From contig OX597820.1 in the NCBI GenBank assembly GCA_951406725.2, positions 59,086,001 to 59,150,000 of the forward strand: a stretch of DNA of 64,000 nt, written 5' to 3'. Positions 1-53,400 of this stretch are shown here, in pieces. This DNA is from Octopus vulgaris. Taxonomy: Eukaryota. The notes under the pieces were generated by a model. It saw only the letters and a list, made by a program, of their open reading frames with translations. It searched no databases and was not told the DNA's origin. Each line of letters opens with the position of its first letter. Position 1 is the first letter of the stretch. Position numbers and translations under genes: made by a program.

Positions 1-557
1 TTGACCCGAGTACGCAACTGGTACTTAATTTATCGACTCTGAAAGGATGAAAGGCAAAGTTGACCTCGGCGGAATTTGAACTCAGAACGTAAAGACAGAC
101 GAAGTACCGCTAAGCATTTCGCCCAGCGTTCTAACGTTTCTTATTTCTTTATTGCCCACCAGGGGCTACACACAGAAGGGACAAACAAGAACAGACAAAT
201 GGATTAAGTCGATTATATCGACCCCAGTGCGTAACTGGTGCTTATTTAATCGACCCCGAAAGGATGAAAGGCAAAGTCGACCTCGGCGGAATTTGAACAC
301 AGAACGTAAAGACAAACGAAATATCTTTTTCTTTATTGCCCACAAGGGGCTAAACATAGAGGGGACAAACAAGGACAGACTAACGGATTAAGTCGATAAC
401 ATCGACCCCAGTGCGTAACTGGTACTTATTTAATCGACCCCAAAAGGATGAAAGGCAAAGTCAACCTCGGCGGGATTTGAACTCAGAACGTAGCGGCAGA
501 CGAAATACCGCTAAGCATTTCGCCCGGCATGCTAATGTTTCTGCCAGCTCGCCGCCG
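1..557 (-). mobile_element. Tandem cluster of tRNA-derived SINE family A (Nin/Deu-type core)
   Basis: Three units whose reverse complement reads GTTCAAATTCC (B box) + GTCGACTTTGCCTTTCATCCTTTCGGGGTCGAT...AAGTACCAG core. Confidence 0.8.
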
Positions 558-1665
558 TCCAGCGACATTATATCTGAAAACAAAATCAGACAGACTGGTC
601 ACTAATGTATATCAAGTAACAGGGATAATAGTAAATGGTTTATGAATTAATCAAGATATGACTGATCAAGTTGAGGTAATACTATTCCACCAATATTTAC
701 CTGAACTCCACTGTTTTGGCGGGGTTTGTTTGTCTTTTGTCTTGCTTGAGACATTGGCTTTTTCTACCTCCTTTCTCCCATTCTTATCATCCACTTCTTT
801 GTACACCTAATACCTTGAACTTCTAACCTTTTCACACCACTTCTCTCTCTCTCTCTTTCATTCTCTCTCACTTTTCCCTCTCTCTCCCTTTCTTTTTCTC
901 TCTCTCTTTCTCTTTCTCTCTCTCCCTTTTTATCTCTCTCTCCCTCTCTGTCTCTCTCACATACACTCATATACACACTCTTTGACGCTCTCTCACATAC
1001 ACACTTTCTCTCTCTTTTTTCGTCTTTGCAGATAAAGGATAATGGTTTAAAACATTAAATTCTCCATTCCTCACACTAATTCATATTTTCAATGAACTCT
1101 CCTGTTGATTAACTGTTGCTGACACAGATCATCCCCATCTTCCATATACTGTAGGTTTTACCCTATGATGGCAACAGTCAAAAGTAGTTGTACTGGTCAC
1201 ATGATGATGATGTAACGCTAAAGGACGATGGTAATCTGGAAAATGAGGATACCATTGACCAAATTAGGGAAATAATGGTCAAAAAATGGTAATAATATTC
1301 ATGGAATGGTATTCTTTGTTTGGTAAGACGGTGAGCTGATAGAAACATTAGCACGCCGGGCAAAATACTTAACGATATTTCGTCTGTCGTTACGTTCTGA
1401 GTTCAAATTCCGCCGAGGTCGACTTTGCCTTTCATTGATTGATTGAAATTGCAGAAATGCAAGAAATTAAACAACAAATAGCTTACAAACTACAGAATTT
1501 TCTCAAGAAAGTCGAGAGAAAAAGATGTTTAATGTAACACATTCTACCAGTATACGAAATTTAAAAGTGTTTAGTTACAAAGAAATTATTTTAAAAATCT
1601 GCCGGTCAAAGCGGAAAGATCCGGTGATGGTAGTAACATTAGCGATAACAGTGATGATGATCATT

Positions 1666-2031
1666 ATTACCCCCGCCTTCACTTAGGTATTGTTTTCAGT
1701 CGTATTTGTTTGTTTGTTTCTTTGTTTGTTCGTAGAAAAGATATCTCAAGAACCGCTGGATGGATTTGGATGAAACTTTCAGGGATGTTTGGCCTCGTGA
1801 CTGGCACAAACATTAGATTTGGAGATCGATCCAGTACCGGACAAGGATTCTGGATTATTTTTCCTGTTTTTTAACTTCATTTTTGAGAGCGATCGGGTTC
1901 ATTTTTAGTATTCTCGTTTGTGAGAGCAGTCAAGATTATTTCAGATATTCTCATTTTAAAAATCATCTCTGGCTAATCGTTGAGAGGACGTTGATGTTGC
2001 TTTGGTGGAACTTTGCACTCTCTGAGTGCTC

Positions 2032-2034
<3 letters not shown>
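1666..2034 (+). mobile_element. Helentron-associated non-autonomous element (HINE/DINE-1-like)
   Basis: ttattacccccgcc start, (TTTG)n microsatellite, 3' palindrome gcactc-tct-gagtgc before a TT-rich site. Confidence 0.55.
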
Positions 2035-2083
<49 letters not shown>

Positions 2084-2112
2084 GATCCACCACTGAGGTT
2101 TGGTTCTTCCAG

Positions 2113-40551
<38,439 letters not shown>

Positions 40552-42478
40552 AGTTGCAAAATCTGTCCTTCAGTTGTAACCAGTTCTACAAATTTATTTT
40601 TGTCTGTTCAATTACTTCATGTTGTTTACTTTAAAAATACAAATGTTATTTAAAATATCAATCTATATCGCATTTTGTTTTTAGCACTTTAAATGCGATT
40701 AAAAATAAAAGAATGAACAGACATTTTATTCTCAAGAGATCTAAAAGACGCTGGATGGCAAATAAGAAGACACTGGTGTGATGGACAGTTAAAGTAAAAC
40801 AGAAATCAGTCATTGAAAATCAAGCAAAGAAAATCTCACATTTGTCACATGTCTTCAGACTATTTACAAGTTTGATACAAGTTTGTTGTTAATAAAAGAT
40901 TCAGTGAATTCTTTCAGTATATCTCATATTTCACATTATTGTTTTACCATCTACATTACCATGTTTGTAAAAGTCAGGCAGGATTAACTGATGCAAATTT
41001 TGTAGTCGGATGCCCTTCCTGTCACCAACCTTTGCTTATTCCAAAGCAAAGTAAATAGTCTTTCACAGGAGATTGCAAACAGCACCACTTGTATGAGAGT
41101 AATATCTTTTAACAATTAATGCTTGATGCCAAAACAAGGAGACTGAAATATTCATAATCATAACTATGCAGACACATGCATAATATACAACAGGCTTCTT
41201 TTCAGTTTCCATCAATCAAATTCACTCACAGGGTTTTTAGCCAGTCCATACAGTGGCTTATAGTAAGACTGCACCTGAAACTACATGGCTGTAGATGTAT
41301 ATGTGTGTATACGTGTGTGTATGTGCTGTGTGTTGTGTATGTTAGTGTATAAGTATGTACATGCATACACATATGAGTATGTGTAAATATATATATATTA
41401 TATATGTATGCATGTAAAAATAAAATATAAAAAAAGAATAAATAGTATAAAATAAAGCAAATTTGAATTTTGTCCCTAAAAAGAGTGTCATATATATGTA
41501 TATGTATGTGTGTGTGTGTATGCATAAATATATATATATATATATATTATATGTATGTATATGTATGTATGTGTGTGTATATGTATGTATGTAGAGATGG
41601 ATGAGCGTATATGTGTGTATACTTTATGATTATACGTATATTTGTATGTGAAGGTGTCTATATGATTGTGTACTTGTATATATGTATAAAGTTATATGTG
41701 CATATATGTATCTAAGACGTATCCATTCACCGTTAGACGGTGGTGAGAGAGACAAACGCACACACACACACATACGTGTGTATGTATATATATAAATGTA
41801 TATGTGTGTATATATACAACCTTCAACAAGGTAACAGTCATGTATACAACTTGAACTGACACATATCATTACATAAACATACGTTCACATATACATACGC
41901 ATGTACACACACAGACACGTTTACACACTCTCCTAATACATGCATAAGTACATAGGTACATACATACATGCGTATAGGCATGCACACATGCATGCCTATA
42001 CACATACACGTACACACATACATACATATGCACATACATACATACATACATACGTACGTACGTACATATATATATCATGAACTAACTGTTACTTTCTCAG
42101 ATGGAGCACGAAGCTTTGTCAGTGAACAGGTTGCGATCTCAAAGCGACGAGAAGTGAAGGAAATGAAAGGAAAATACATAATACTGTAGTGATAAAATTA
42201 AAAATCTATGTTCATTATCACACAAAGTCATTTATGTTTAAAATAAGGTGATCTATAAGGAGAGTCTTTAAAAATTCTCTCTACACACTACTTATATAAA
42301 TACTGTAAAGTCTGTATGCATTTTTAAACAGCCTGTGTTACACTTTAGCAAAATCGTCTAAAACTGTTGATAGAACTCAACAAATAGAGGGGTTTTCTTT
42401 TTTCAGTTCCACACACAAATACTGCTACTGTGGTTAAAAATATACCACTGAACTGTGGCATTAATCTGATTCTGGCAT

Positions 42479-42558
42479 CTAATATTCTGGACTTGGTGGT
42501 TTTGGTTGGCCAAGCATGTAGTCATCGAAAGGCAAAGCTGTTCCTGAACTGATGGAAT
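42479..42558 (-). CDS. MCPH1: MCPH1 terminal coding exon
   Basis: ttccag|AT TCC ATC ... GAA TAT TAG; DSISSGTALPFDDYMLGQPKPPSPEY*; completes the BRCT W-x-x-D-S-I motif. Confidence 0.9.
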
Positions 42559-45500
42559 CTGGAAATAGAGAAGATAGAAAAGAGATATGTCAGTGTACAA
42601 GGATCTTGTGATATTATCATCATCATCATTTAACATCAGTTTTCCATGCTGGTATGGACTGGATGGTTTAACAGGAGCTGGGAAGGCCAGGAACCACACC
42701 AGCTTCCATTGTTTGTTCTGGCATGGTTTCTAAGGCTGGATGTCCTTCCTAATGCCAATCACTTTACAGAATCTACTGGGTGCTTTTTATATGGCAGTAG
42801 CACCAGTATCAATTCTAACTGTGGTGGATGGGTCTTGTTGTGTACAGCAAGGTGCCAGATTTCTCAGTCCTTTGTCATCTCCTTCGTAAGGTTCAGTGAT
42901 GTGAGATCAGCCTTCAGTACTTCATTCCATGATTTTCTGTGTATCAATAAAAAAAATGCTGCTGCTGTTGCTCTTACAATTTACAAACCTAGTTACCATA
43001 CGAAAAGCAAAGTGTACGGCAGCAGAGCAATGGATGAGAGAAAGTCTATAGGAGAGAAAATGACCTCTCTCAGAAAGAAAACTATTGGAATTATAGACAA
43101 CATCCCTTTATGACTTCACCTACTATTTAAACAGAGATAGAAACACAACACCCAGGACCTTTTGCAGGGCCTTGAGAATGATAGAAGCAAACGGAGAAAC
43201 CTTAACCTTTTTAGCATTCAGATTACTCGGAATGCCTTTCAGCATTTAAACTGACCACATCCATCCCAAATATTTTATCTGTTTTATATTCAAACTGGTT
43301 AGATCTGGCTTCTCACACCTACCCAACAATGTCATTCTAAAAACAAACAGTCACATCGTCGAAATATGTGTATGTTGACGTTAGGAAGGGCATCCAGCTG
43401 TAGAAACATTGCCAGATAAGACCGGGTGCAGCCTTCTGGCTTCCCAGATCCCCGGTCGAACCGTCCAACCCATGCTAGCATGGAGAACGGACGTTAAACG
43501 ATGATGATGATGATGATGATGATATATGTATGGAAGTGTGGATGTGTGTATGTTTGTGTGATAGATGAAAATGAATGTCATTGTCATACAATATTCCATG
43601 AAAACATGTCTGGGCCATGGGGAAATATCACCTTGTTTGAAAAAACAAAAGAAATAGCATACCAAATGAAACTTACCAAATATCCAAAGAGGAGTTACAC
43701 TAATCATGGATGGATGATACTCCTCACCAATATAGATACTAGCATTACATATAGTGTTCTTCACCTGTATAATATAAAAAGAAAGGCTGTTAATTTCAGT
43801 GCTATTTCAATAAATGTATTGTACATGAATTGATTATATAAATATGTGTAAGTGCAGTGTGCTTAACAACCTTATCATTAAACAAAGGCTTTTGAATAAA
43901 AGATTTAAATTATACTTGTAACTCTTTTTTCCCAAAGACACAGAGGTCTGATGCAGGCTCCTGTCTGGCCAGCTCCTGCCAGTATGGAAGGAGGATGTTA
44001 AATAATAACAACGGTGAGTGGAGGTGCAATGGCCCAGTGGTTAGGGCAGTGGGCTTGCGGTCATAAGTACACGGTTTCAATTCCCAGACCGGGCATTGTG
44101 AGTGTTTATTGAGCAAAAACACCTAAGCTCCACGAGGCTCCAGCAGGGTTGGGGTGGTGAACCCCACTGTACTCTTTCAGCACAACTTTCTCTCACTCTT
44201 TCTTCCTACTTCTGCCACAAAGCAGAGGAACTACAATGTGGTAAACTCTCAGACCCTAGTCTAGATATTGAATCCTCTGTACCCCAGGATGGTTCAGCTC
44301 TCCACCTGTTAAAAGCTACTGTTTACGGAATGACAACATAGCTTTCGCACCCGTGCAACTGCCAGTCTATCGCGTGTGGTGGGTGGATCTTCAAGTTGCC
44401 ACACGCATTCTTAGTAGCTTAGAGTAGGCTCGAATTGGAGATTATTCTTTGTGGCTAATGATGTGGGTCCTGATTGGAAGAAGAAGAAGAAGACAGCAAT
44501 TGTGATGACAACGATGATGAGTATAATCATACATCTTCCCTACAGTAAGACACTTGTTTCTATCTCTCTATCATACTTTTAATCTCTCGTTACCTGGCAC
44601 AAAGCCAAGCCACTTCCCTCAGTACTACACCCCTTAGTTGAGTGGGCCTTGTCTTGTAAGTTATTTGATGACTTCACTGGTGCAGCTGCCATGTAAAAAG
44701 TGCCCAGTACACTCTGTAAAGTGGTTGGCATTAAGAAGAGCATCCAGCTGTAAAAACCAAAGTAGACACTGGAGCTCGATAATCCTCTTGCTCACCAGCT
44801 CCTGTTGAACTGTTCAATTCATGCCAGCAAGGAAAACAGATGTTAAATGATGATGATATACACTGATATAGATATACATCTAAGAGTATAAAGATACAAT
44901 CATCCTCCATATCATGGAAACATTGTGCTCTTAAAAAACTTGCTGTAATGTGGCATTTAATATGAAACAAATTTTACCAAAGATTTCCATATTAGATGGA
45001 AATCGATGAACATGGAATTCAATGGGAAAATACACCTTATGCTATGAAATTCCATGTTTCATTACAAAAGTATGTGAATGTGATCCTTCTGTAATGCAAG
45101 GGATGTCTGTATATGAATACAGATATAGGTACATATATGCAGATATATGCATCACTGGATGTACAATGTCAGTGTGCATGTATGACAGAGTATAAATATC
45201 TTGAGAGAAAAGTTGGGCATAAGAAGCCTCAGATGTGGTGTGCAAGAGAGACAACTGTGCTGGTATGGGAATGTGATGTGTATGGATGAGGACAGCTGTG
45301 TAAAAAAAGTGCCGATTTCTACCTGTGGACGGAACTTGTAGAAGAGGTAGATACAAGAAGATGTGAGATGAGGTGGTGAAGTATGATCTTCGAACGTTGG
45401 GTCTCACAGAGGCAATGACAAGTGATCGAGACCTTTAAAAATTTGCTGTGCTACAGAAGACTCATCAAGCCAAGTGAAAATTATAGTCGTGACAGTGATG

Positions 45501-47443
45501 CTGACACGTAAAAGGTACCCATGCTGGTGACACACAGAAGGCACTCACTACACTCTTGGAGTGGTTGGCATTAGGAAGGACATCCAGCTGTAGAAACCAA
45601 ACCAAATCAGACTGGAAACTGGAACAGTTCTCCAGTTTACTAGCTCCAGTCAAACTGTCTAACCCATGCCAACATGGAAAATAGATGGTAAATGATGATG
45701 ATGATGATGATGATATGAATATATGTCAACCAGTTCAACACACTGTTTCCATTGTTAAGAATGCAGTAGACATCACATGACTTCTAATAACTTACTTTTC
45801 CTCCACACTGCTGCAATAACTGAATCAGATCCTTCTTTGGTGGAGCCTTAACAGCAGAGACATAGATACTCCCACACTTATCGAACACTTTAGGGCCAGA
45901 GTTAAGCTGCTTCTGTTCACGATATAACTGTAAATAATAACAATGCAAAAAGATAACCTAGGTAGAATAAAAACCAGTGCATCAACACATGCACGCACAA
46001 AACATTCATAAATGTTACTAATATATACATGCATACATACATACATACACATATATGTATATATATATTAGTAAGTTAAACAGAATTACTATAGCACAAG
46101 AGTGGTAGTCACTCATTTCTGGTTTCACAATAAAACATTGTTTTCTCTCTCTCTCTCTCCCTCTCCACACACACATGGAAATTATACACGATGTGTGTAA
46201 CAAACAAATATTTAATCACATGTTGAGAATATACCCCATGGATAAATCACAGGAACTTTAGCAGTTAAAAATGAGAATTGTCTGATTTGTTTCGTCTTAT
46301 GACTCATCAAGGATTACTAACTTTATTTCTCAACTACTTGAGTTAAGAAAAATATATCTTCTTACAAAGTACGTAAACAACCAGAGTGAGAGAAATTTGC
46401 ATACAGGTACAAGGTTTATGACTGAGATTTAAAAACAAAAGTACCAACACAGTATGGTTTTATGTAAATATTATACACATGGAAATCAGATGAAAATATA
46501 TTTTTATAACCATATCACTGCTAGACCAATCATGTTTACTAAACATGCCATGTATAACTTCTTGACACAGCATGACTGAATGGTTAGGATGTTCATTTCA
46601 CAACCATAAGATCCAAAGTTCAACCCCAGTGCATGGCATCTTAGTCAAGGTCTTTTACCATAGCCCCAGACTGACCCAAGCATTGTAAATGACACTGGGT
46701 AGACAGAAACTGTGGGAAAGCCAGAGGTACGCTAATTTTAAAGTTCAGCCTTTTTACACTGCATCATACTGATTCTGCCCAAGAATTACATTAAAGGACC
46801 ATGCAGTGCCTGAGGAGTACTCAGTCACTTGCACACAAATTCAATGAGCAGGTAATTAATTTGATTAACCCTTTAGCATTTAAACCAGCCATATCCAGCC
46901 AAAAGTATTCTGCTTGTTTTATGTTCAAACTGGCCGTATCTGGTCTCTTACACCAACCCTACAATATCGTTTTAAAAATTAACAGCTACCTCATCAAAAT
47001 CTCATAGCTACAAGATAATGCATGATTAGTTCAAAACAACATGGATAAAAAAGCATTAATTTTAGCAGAATGACGTGAACACTAAAGGGTTAAACAACTA
47101 AATACTCATTGCAGAAACAAAGATCCATTTACTTTTTAAATGACTTCTGTATACATATTTATCCAAAACAACATATTTAACCAAATCCTTAAATTACATT
47201 AGCTTTAGATATTTACTTTTCTTTTATTTTACTTTTTACTTGTTTCAGTCATGTGACTGTGGCCATGCTGGAGCACCGCCTTTAGTCGAGCAAATCGACC
47301 CCAGAACTTATTCTTTGTAAGCCTAGTACTTATTCTATCAGTCTCTTTTGCCGAACCGCTAAGTTACAGGGACGTAAACACACCAGCATCAGTTGTCAAG
47401 CGATGTTGGAGGGACAAATGCAGACACACGAACATATACACAC

Positions 47444-47476
<33 letters not shown>

Positions 47477-50400
47477 CATATATACGACGGGTTTCTTTCA
47501 GTTTCCGTCTACCAAATCCACTCACAAGGCTTTGGTCGGCCCGAGGCTATAGTAGAAGACATTTGCCCAAGGTGCCACGCAGAGGGACTGAACCCGGAAC
47601 CATGTGGTTGGTAAACAAGCTCCTTACCACACAGCCACTCCTACGCCTATGTAAATTTTTATTAAACCCTTCCAAACAACCATCCAGAACAAAAGAAAAA
47701 TAGGAGAGACAAAGGCAGAAAGAGTATAGGAAGAGTAATGTCAGAATGTCAGAAAGGATAACTCTATGTTTACTGGTAAGAGAGAGGGTAAGTGATGTGT
47801 TTCTGTATAAATATTAACAATAACAACAATTTCTTAAATGGATATGAAGTCTCTAGCAAGTAGAGTTGAAAGTTTTGGTGAAAGACAAACACAACGCTAG
47901 ATCACTAAATCTTAGCAGCATAACCTTACCTGGGCCACAGGATAGCTAGCAACCAACTCAAATTTATTTTCATCCAACCAACAGCCAGCCTCCATTGATG
48001 CTGACACCTGCAAGGACAAAACTCATATTTACTTCTATGACATCAAAACATAATAACATCACAGCATCAGACAGTACAGAGCTAGCTACAATAGGTGTTT
48101 CATGATATCCAATTCTCTGTGCGGTACTTAATTACTGCCACAGTATCTAGTCTACTATATGGTTCCATAACTTTCATATAGCATCTAGTTCACAATAAAC
48201 TGCCTAAACTTTGAAATGGTATCTTGTTCATTCTATGGTACATTTTTCACTACATGCTGTCTAAACCTCCATATGGCACCTAATTCATCATATGCTACTA
48301 AGACTTCCACATGGTACCGAGTTCATATGGTACACCACATGCTACCCAGTGCACCATAGTTTAGCATATAGTATGCCTAGTTCAAATTATGGTACCTAAT
48401 CCACTATATGGTATCTGACTGGATGCTAGTTATATAGCATCTAGGTACCTAGTTGACTATATAATATCTAGTACCTATATATATATATAGTCCAATAAAT
48501 AAGTAGTAGTATGAAACAGTAGAATTAGTTAACCCTTTAGCATTTAAACCAGCCATATCTAGTCCAAATATTCTATTTGTTTTATGCTTAAGCTAGCCTG
48601 ATCTGACCTCTCACAGCCACCCTACAAAATCATTCTAAAAATAAACAACCACACCATCAAAACCTCAAATCTATGAGATAATGCATAATTAATTTTAAAA
48701 AAACGTGAATGAAAAAAAATAACATCTGACAAAGTAATTTGAATTCTAAATGTTTAAAGAATGAAATCTTGACTTACCCATTCTTTACTGACAAGCCAGC
48801 ATCCCTGAGAAAGAGCAAAGAGCACGTTGAGTGTACGCCTAGGCATACCACAGATTACATGTGTCGTGGACTTCTTCACGTTGTCACTGATTACGCATTC
48901 ACCCAGGGTTTTGGCTACAGATTTCACCATTTCTTGATCTCTAGAAGTACACCAAGTCATAGAAATATGAATTTTTAAACAGAGAAAAAAACATCAGAAA
49001 CATTAATTTTTTTTTTTAAATGAATATCTGAATGAAGAAAATTTGGAACTAAAATAGAATCTAAAATAAAAAAAAATATTTAATGTCACAGACTGTGACC
49101 ATGCTGGTGTTCCAACTTTAAAAGTTTTGATTAGTGAAACAAGCTGACCAAAAAGAACATGCAAGATCCATTTTGTGAGAGATGCCTAACCAAACATCAC
49201 CATTATCATTTAACATCTGCTTTCCATGCTGATATGAATTCGATGGTTTGCTAGGAGTTGACCAGCTGAAGGTCTGTTCAGGCTCCCTGTCTGTTTTGGT
49301 ATGGTTTCTACAGCTGGATGCTCTTCCTGACGCCAAACATAAACTTCAACAGTGCTGAAAGAGGTATCATGCTGCCACAGGTATACAAATGATCAAAGTC
49401 CAACCATACAAAACAACCCAGTCAAAAAAAATTTCTCAACACAGGGGAGAATAAAAAAAAACCATTTGTAGAGTATCATATTTGGCAGAGGTACTCATCA
49501 GATGTGTACAAGAACATAACAGTGTACTTAGAATATGGGAAAGAGTGTCATACACTTTCAGAGAATCATGGAATGGTAAAGTCAGTACCCAAGCCGGAAT
49601 TGCACTGTAGTCACAAAGAAGCTGACATCTGGATACGTCGTCATGAAGCATCTTCATCTGCCAAAACCATCATCATCCACATCAGTTCCACAGGCAAAAT
49701 TATTAAGAAGTTCATTTCACAATCATGAGGCTTTATTTTGATTACACAGGGTTGCACCTCAGTAAACATTACTGTTTATAGCCACAGATTGACCTATAAC
49801 TTGTGATTGAAACTAGGCAGACAGAAACTGATGAACTGTACCTGTAATTCACACAGACATGCTAATTATGCTAAGGTTACAAGTATCTGTAGTTTACTCT
49901 GCCACTTATATGCTAATCCAGTGAGGTTTAATAGTTTAGTTGATCAAACAATGAACACAACTGGAAATTCTGACCAAGGTCGATTTTTTTTTGGGGGGGG
50001 GGGTTATAAAGAGAATGGATACTAATGTGCTCATTATTAGCAAGGGATGTGCACAGAAGAGGTGCCATAAACTTGACATCAAGTCCCTTTAATGTCAGCA
50101 TGGCTTTGGTGTTAATTTGTCCTTGGTTTTGATTCAATGTACTCACCAGATGTGATTTTATAAATGGATTCTTTGAGAAAGGAAAGAACAAAACCTTCAA
50201 ATTAGTAATCAAGCATGAATGGTACATACATGTTTTTCAAAACGTGTATGTAACATGTATATTATGCATTCCACCTGACAACTTGGTCCCTTGTCAGAAG
50301 CAATTGTATGTCGTACCATATGTATGATGAGAAGAAAACATTACATATTAGTGTCACCTGGTATGACATATTCCAACATGGTATACATAAAGAAGAGTCA

Positions 50401-53400
50401 CTTCCTCCAAACAAAGAACTCATAATGCATGCTAATTATCAAGTAGGTGTATTTTGCTACAATTTAGAGCAAATGTCAGAAGCTTCTTCCCAAATGCAAT
50501 TTGGTTGTTGAATGAAACTAAAAATCCCATAAGATGAAAAGTATTCCTTTACTAGACAAAAAAAACCCCCACAAAATTTGTAAAGAAATGTTAATATAGA
50601 AATGGTATACTAGGTGTTTTGACCAGAAGAGAATTAATGCATTCGAGCTTTGGTGTTGGAGAAGACTTTTACGGATTCCATGGACAGCGAGGCTCACCAA
50701 TGGAGAAGTTCTTAAGCAGATCAGGCCGAAAATGTCGCTAGAAGCTAGGATCACCAAGCACAGATTGGCATATTTCGGTCATATTATGTGGAGAAAATCC
50801 CTGGAGAAGGACATCATGCTCGGAATGGTCAGTGGCAAGAGAGGAAGAGGCCGACCAAGAACCCGCTGGCTTGACACCATCAAGAGTGATACCGGAATGG
50901 AGATAGCCAATCTGAAAGAAGCGGCCCAGGATAGAACTGACTGGAGGATACTGATCAAACGAGTAACCGAGAGTTGACTTCGACTGAGCGAATAGATAGT
51001 TAGATAGCGGATAGATAGATACTAGGTGTACCATCCATTAACAAGGGGTTTCATTAACTATACATTAAAAAAAAACTCTATTTTGCATAATAATAAATAG
51101 TTGATGTACCATTGGTTAATACATATTTTCGTCAACTACATGCTACAAAAATCAGTGAGCATCAACTGTATTTGGGGAGACTGAAAGTTTTCATTTGGGG
51201 TGTGTATACACAAACTAGTCCATGACAATTTTAGGTTATCTACCACCTGTTACACAAAAATGTGAGATAGATTATATAAATGGTACATGGCCTATGACAA
51301 GTCAATTAGCAATGACAGTTGAGGTGTTGACATTCATAGTGTTCCTACTATTGCTAAAGTTAGGGGGTGACAATACTGAGATGAAGGATGCTACTGTGGA
51401 GTTTAGTAAATCCTTAAATTACCAAAAATTTCACGCTACCTCTAATGAGGACAATACCATTAACATAAAGTTTACTTACGAGGTAGACAAACTGGTCATC
51501 ACCAAATATTTCTTGACAGGTCGAAGGTTCCTTGTAATCAGAGACACAGTAATAGGGAAGTCAAGTTTCCTTCGCTTGACTCTGGGCCCAAGAGTTTGGT
51601 CATCTGAGATAATAGTCTCTGACTGGTCCAAGCAAGAGGTAGATGTCTGTTGCAACTCTCTGATTTGTTTCTCTTTCTCAATTTCCTTCTGTTGTGACTC
51701 CATCTCCCAAGCTTTACTCTCTTGAGAATCATCAAAACTTCCCGCACTCTTCCATGACAACAAGGAAGATAGGTTGTTTGAGCTTTCTGTGTTTCCATTT
51801 ACCAATACTTCCTCCTGCTTTACAGTGAAACTAGATATGTTAGTACCTACATCATCAGTTCTATAAGATGGAATGTTAGCATTTGATAAACTAGTTGTTT
51901 TAGATGAGGCATGCTCTTCATCACTAATACCAAGTATATGCATTGTCTCTCTGTGAGCAAATTTCCGTCTAGAAATCCTCTGAGATCTTTTGTAGCTAGT
52001 CAAACTTGTGTCACAGTCACTTGATAGTAATGGACTAGTCAGATTTTCAATAGGACTGTTACTGAAAATATCGGCTTCCTTGAAGACAGTACTGCCCACA
52101 TTCACAGTACCATCCTCAGGAACATCACTAATATCTGGAGAGGAATTTTCAGCAGATTTCACATCTAATGATGAAGACATAATGGAACAGGAAATCGATG
52201 ACTTCATTGGTGAACCTGGACTGACATTTACTTTGGCATTTTGATCCAGTTGATCGACTTCACTTACTGCTTTAGGATTCTGTTTTGTGTCATTTAAAAC
52301 GTCGAGTTGATTTGGCAGACAAATAAGATTGGATGACTTGGTGGGAACAAAAGACATTTGATTATTGATAGAGAGATAAGATGCTGAAGCCAAACTGTCC
52401 TGTTGAGTGGAGCCATCAGAATTATGTAGCTTAAAACACTCAGTCTTCAACATTTCTTTGTCTTCAGAAGGGCTGCTGTTCTCTACATCAGAACCATCAT
52501 CTACAAAGAATAAAACACAGTTTATTAGAAATTATTATTAAGGTGGCGAGCTGGCTGAATTGTTAGCATGCTGGATGAAATGCTTAGCAGTATTTTACCC
52601 ATTACTATGTTCTGAGTTCAAATTCCACTAAGGTCGACATTGCCTTTCATATTTTCAGGGTCGGTAAATTAAGTACCAGTGAAACACTGGGGTTGATGTA
52701 ATCAACCTATCCTCTCCCCCAAAATTTGAAATAATTATTATTAATTATTAATTATTATTATTATTATTATTAAGAGTGGTGAGCTGGCAGAATCGTTAGC
52801 ATACTGGGCAAAATGCTAAGTAACATTTCGTCCATCTTTACATTCTGAGTTCAAATTTTACCAAGGTCAACTTTGCCTTTCATGCTTTCAGGGCTGATGA
52901 AATAAGTACCAGTCAAGCACTGTGGTCGATGTAATTGACTTACCCAACCCCTAAAATTTCAGGCCTTGTGCCTTTAGTAGAAAGGATTATTATTATTATT
53001 GTCATTAGTATCTTCTTTCAATTCTATTTCCATTTCTAGCTGAGTGTCTTCCTGACACCTAGGGCAGAGAAACGTACTGTATACACAGGTAGGCCATTAA
53101 AACAAACACACAAATAATTTTCAGTTCCTTTTTTTCGCCGCCGCCGCCACCACCACAACCACCACCATCACCTTCATCATCATCATCATCATCACCATCA
53201 CCACCAGCAACAGCAGCAGTAGTAGTAGTAGTAGTAGTAGTAGCAGCAGCAGCTTTATTATTATTAATATTATTGTTATTATTATTAAGGAAGTGAGCAG
53301 GCAGAATTGATAGAATGCTGAACAAAATGTTTTGTGGCATTTCTTCCAGCTTTATGTTCTAAATTCAAATTCTCCCAAGTGCAAAGGTTGACTTGACCTT

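Noticed and set aside
1031-1322. Strong acceptors at 1031 and 1155 and a donor near 1323 as upstream exons of the plus-strand gene
   Set aside because: Frames hit stops or fail to give the required phase-2 donor; upstream exons probably lie outside the window.
51222-52244. Plus-strand ORFs of 167 aa and 78 aa
   Set aside because: Antisense shadows of the MCPH1 large exon with no independent coding signal.
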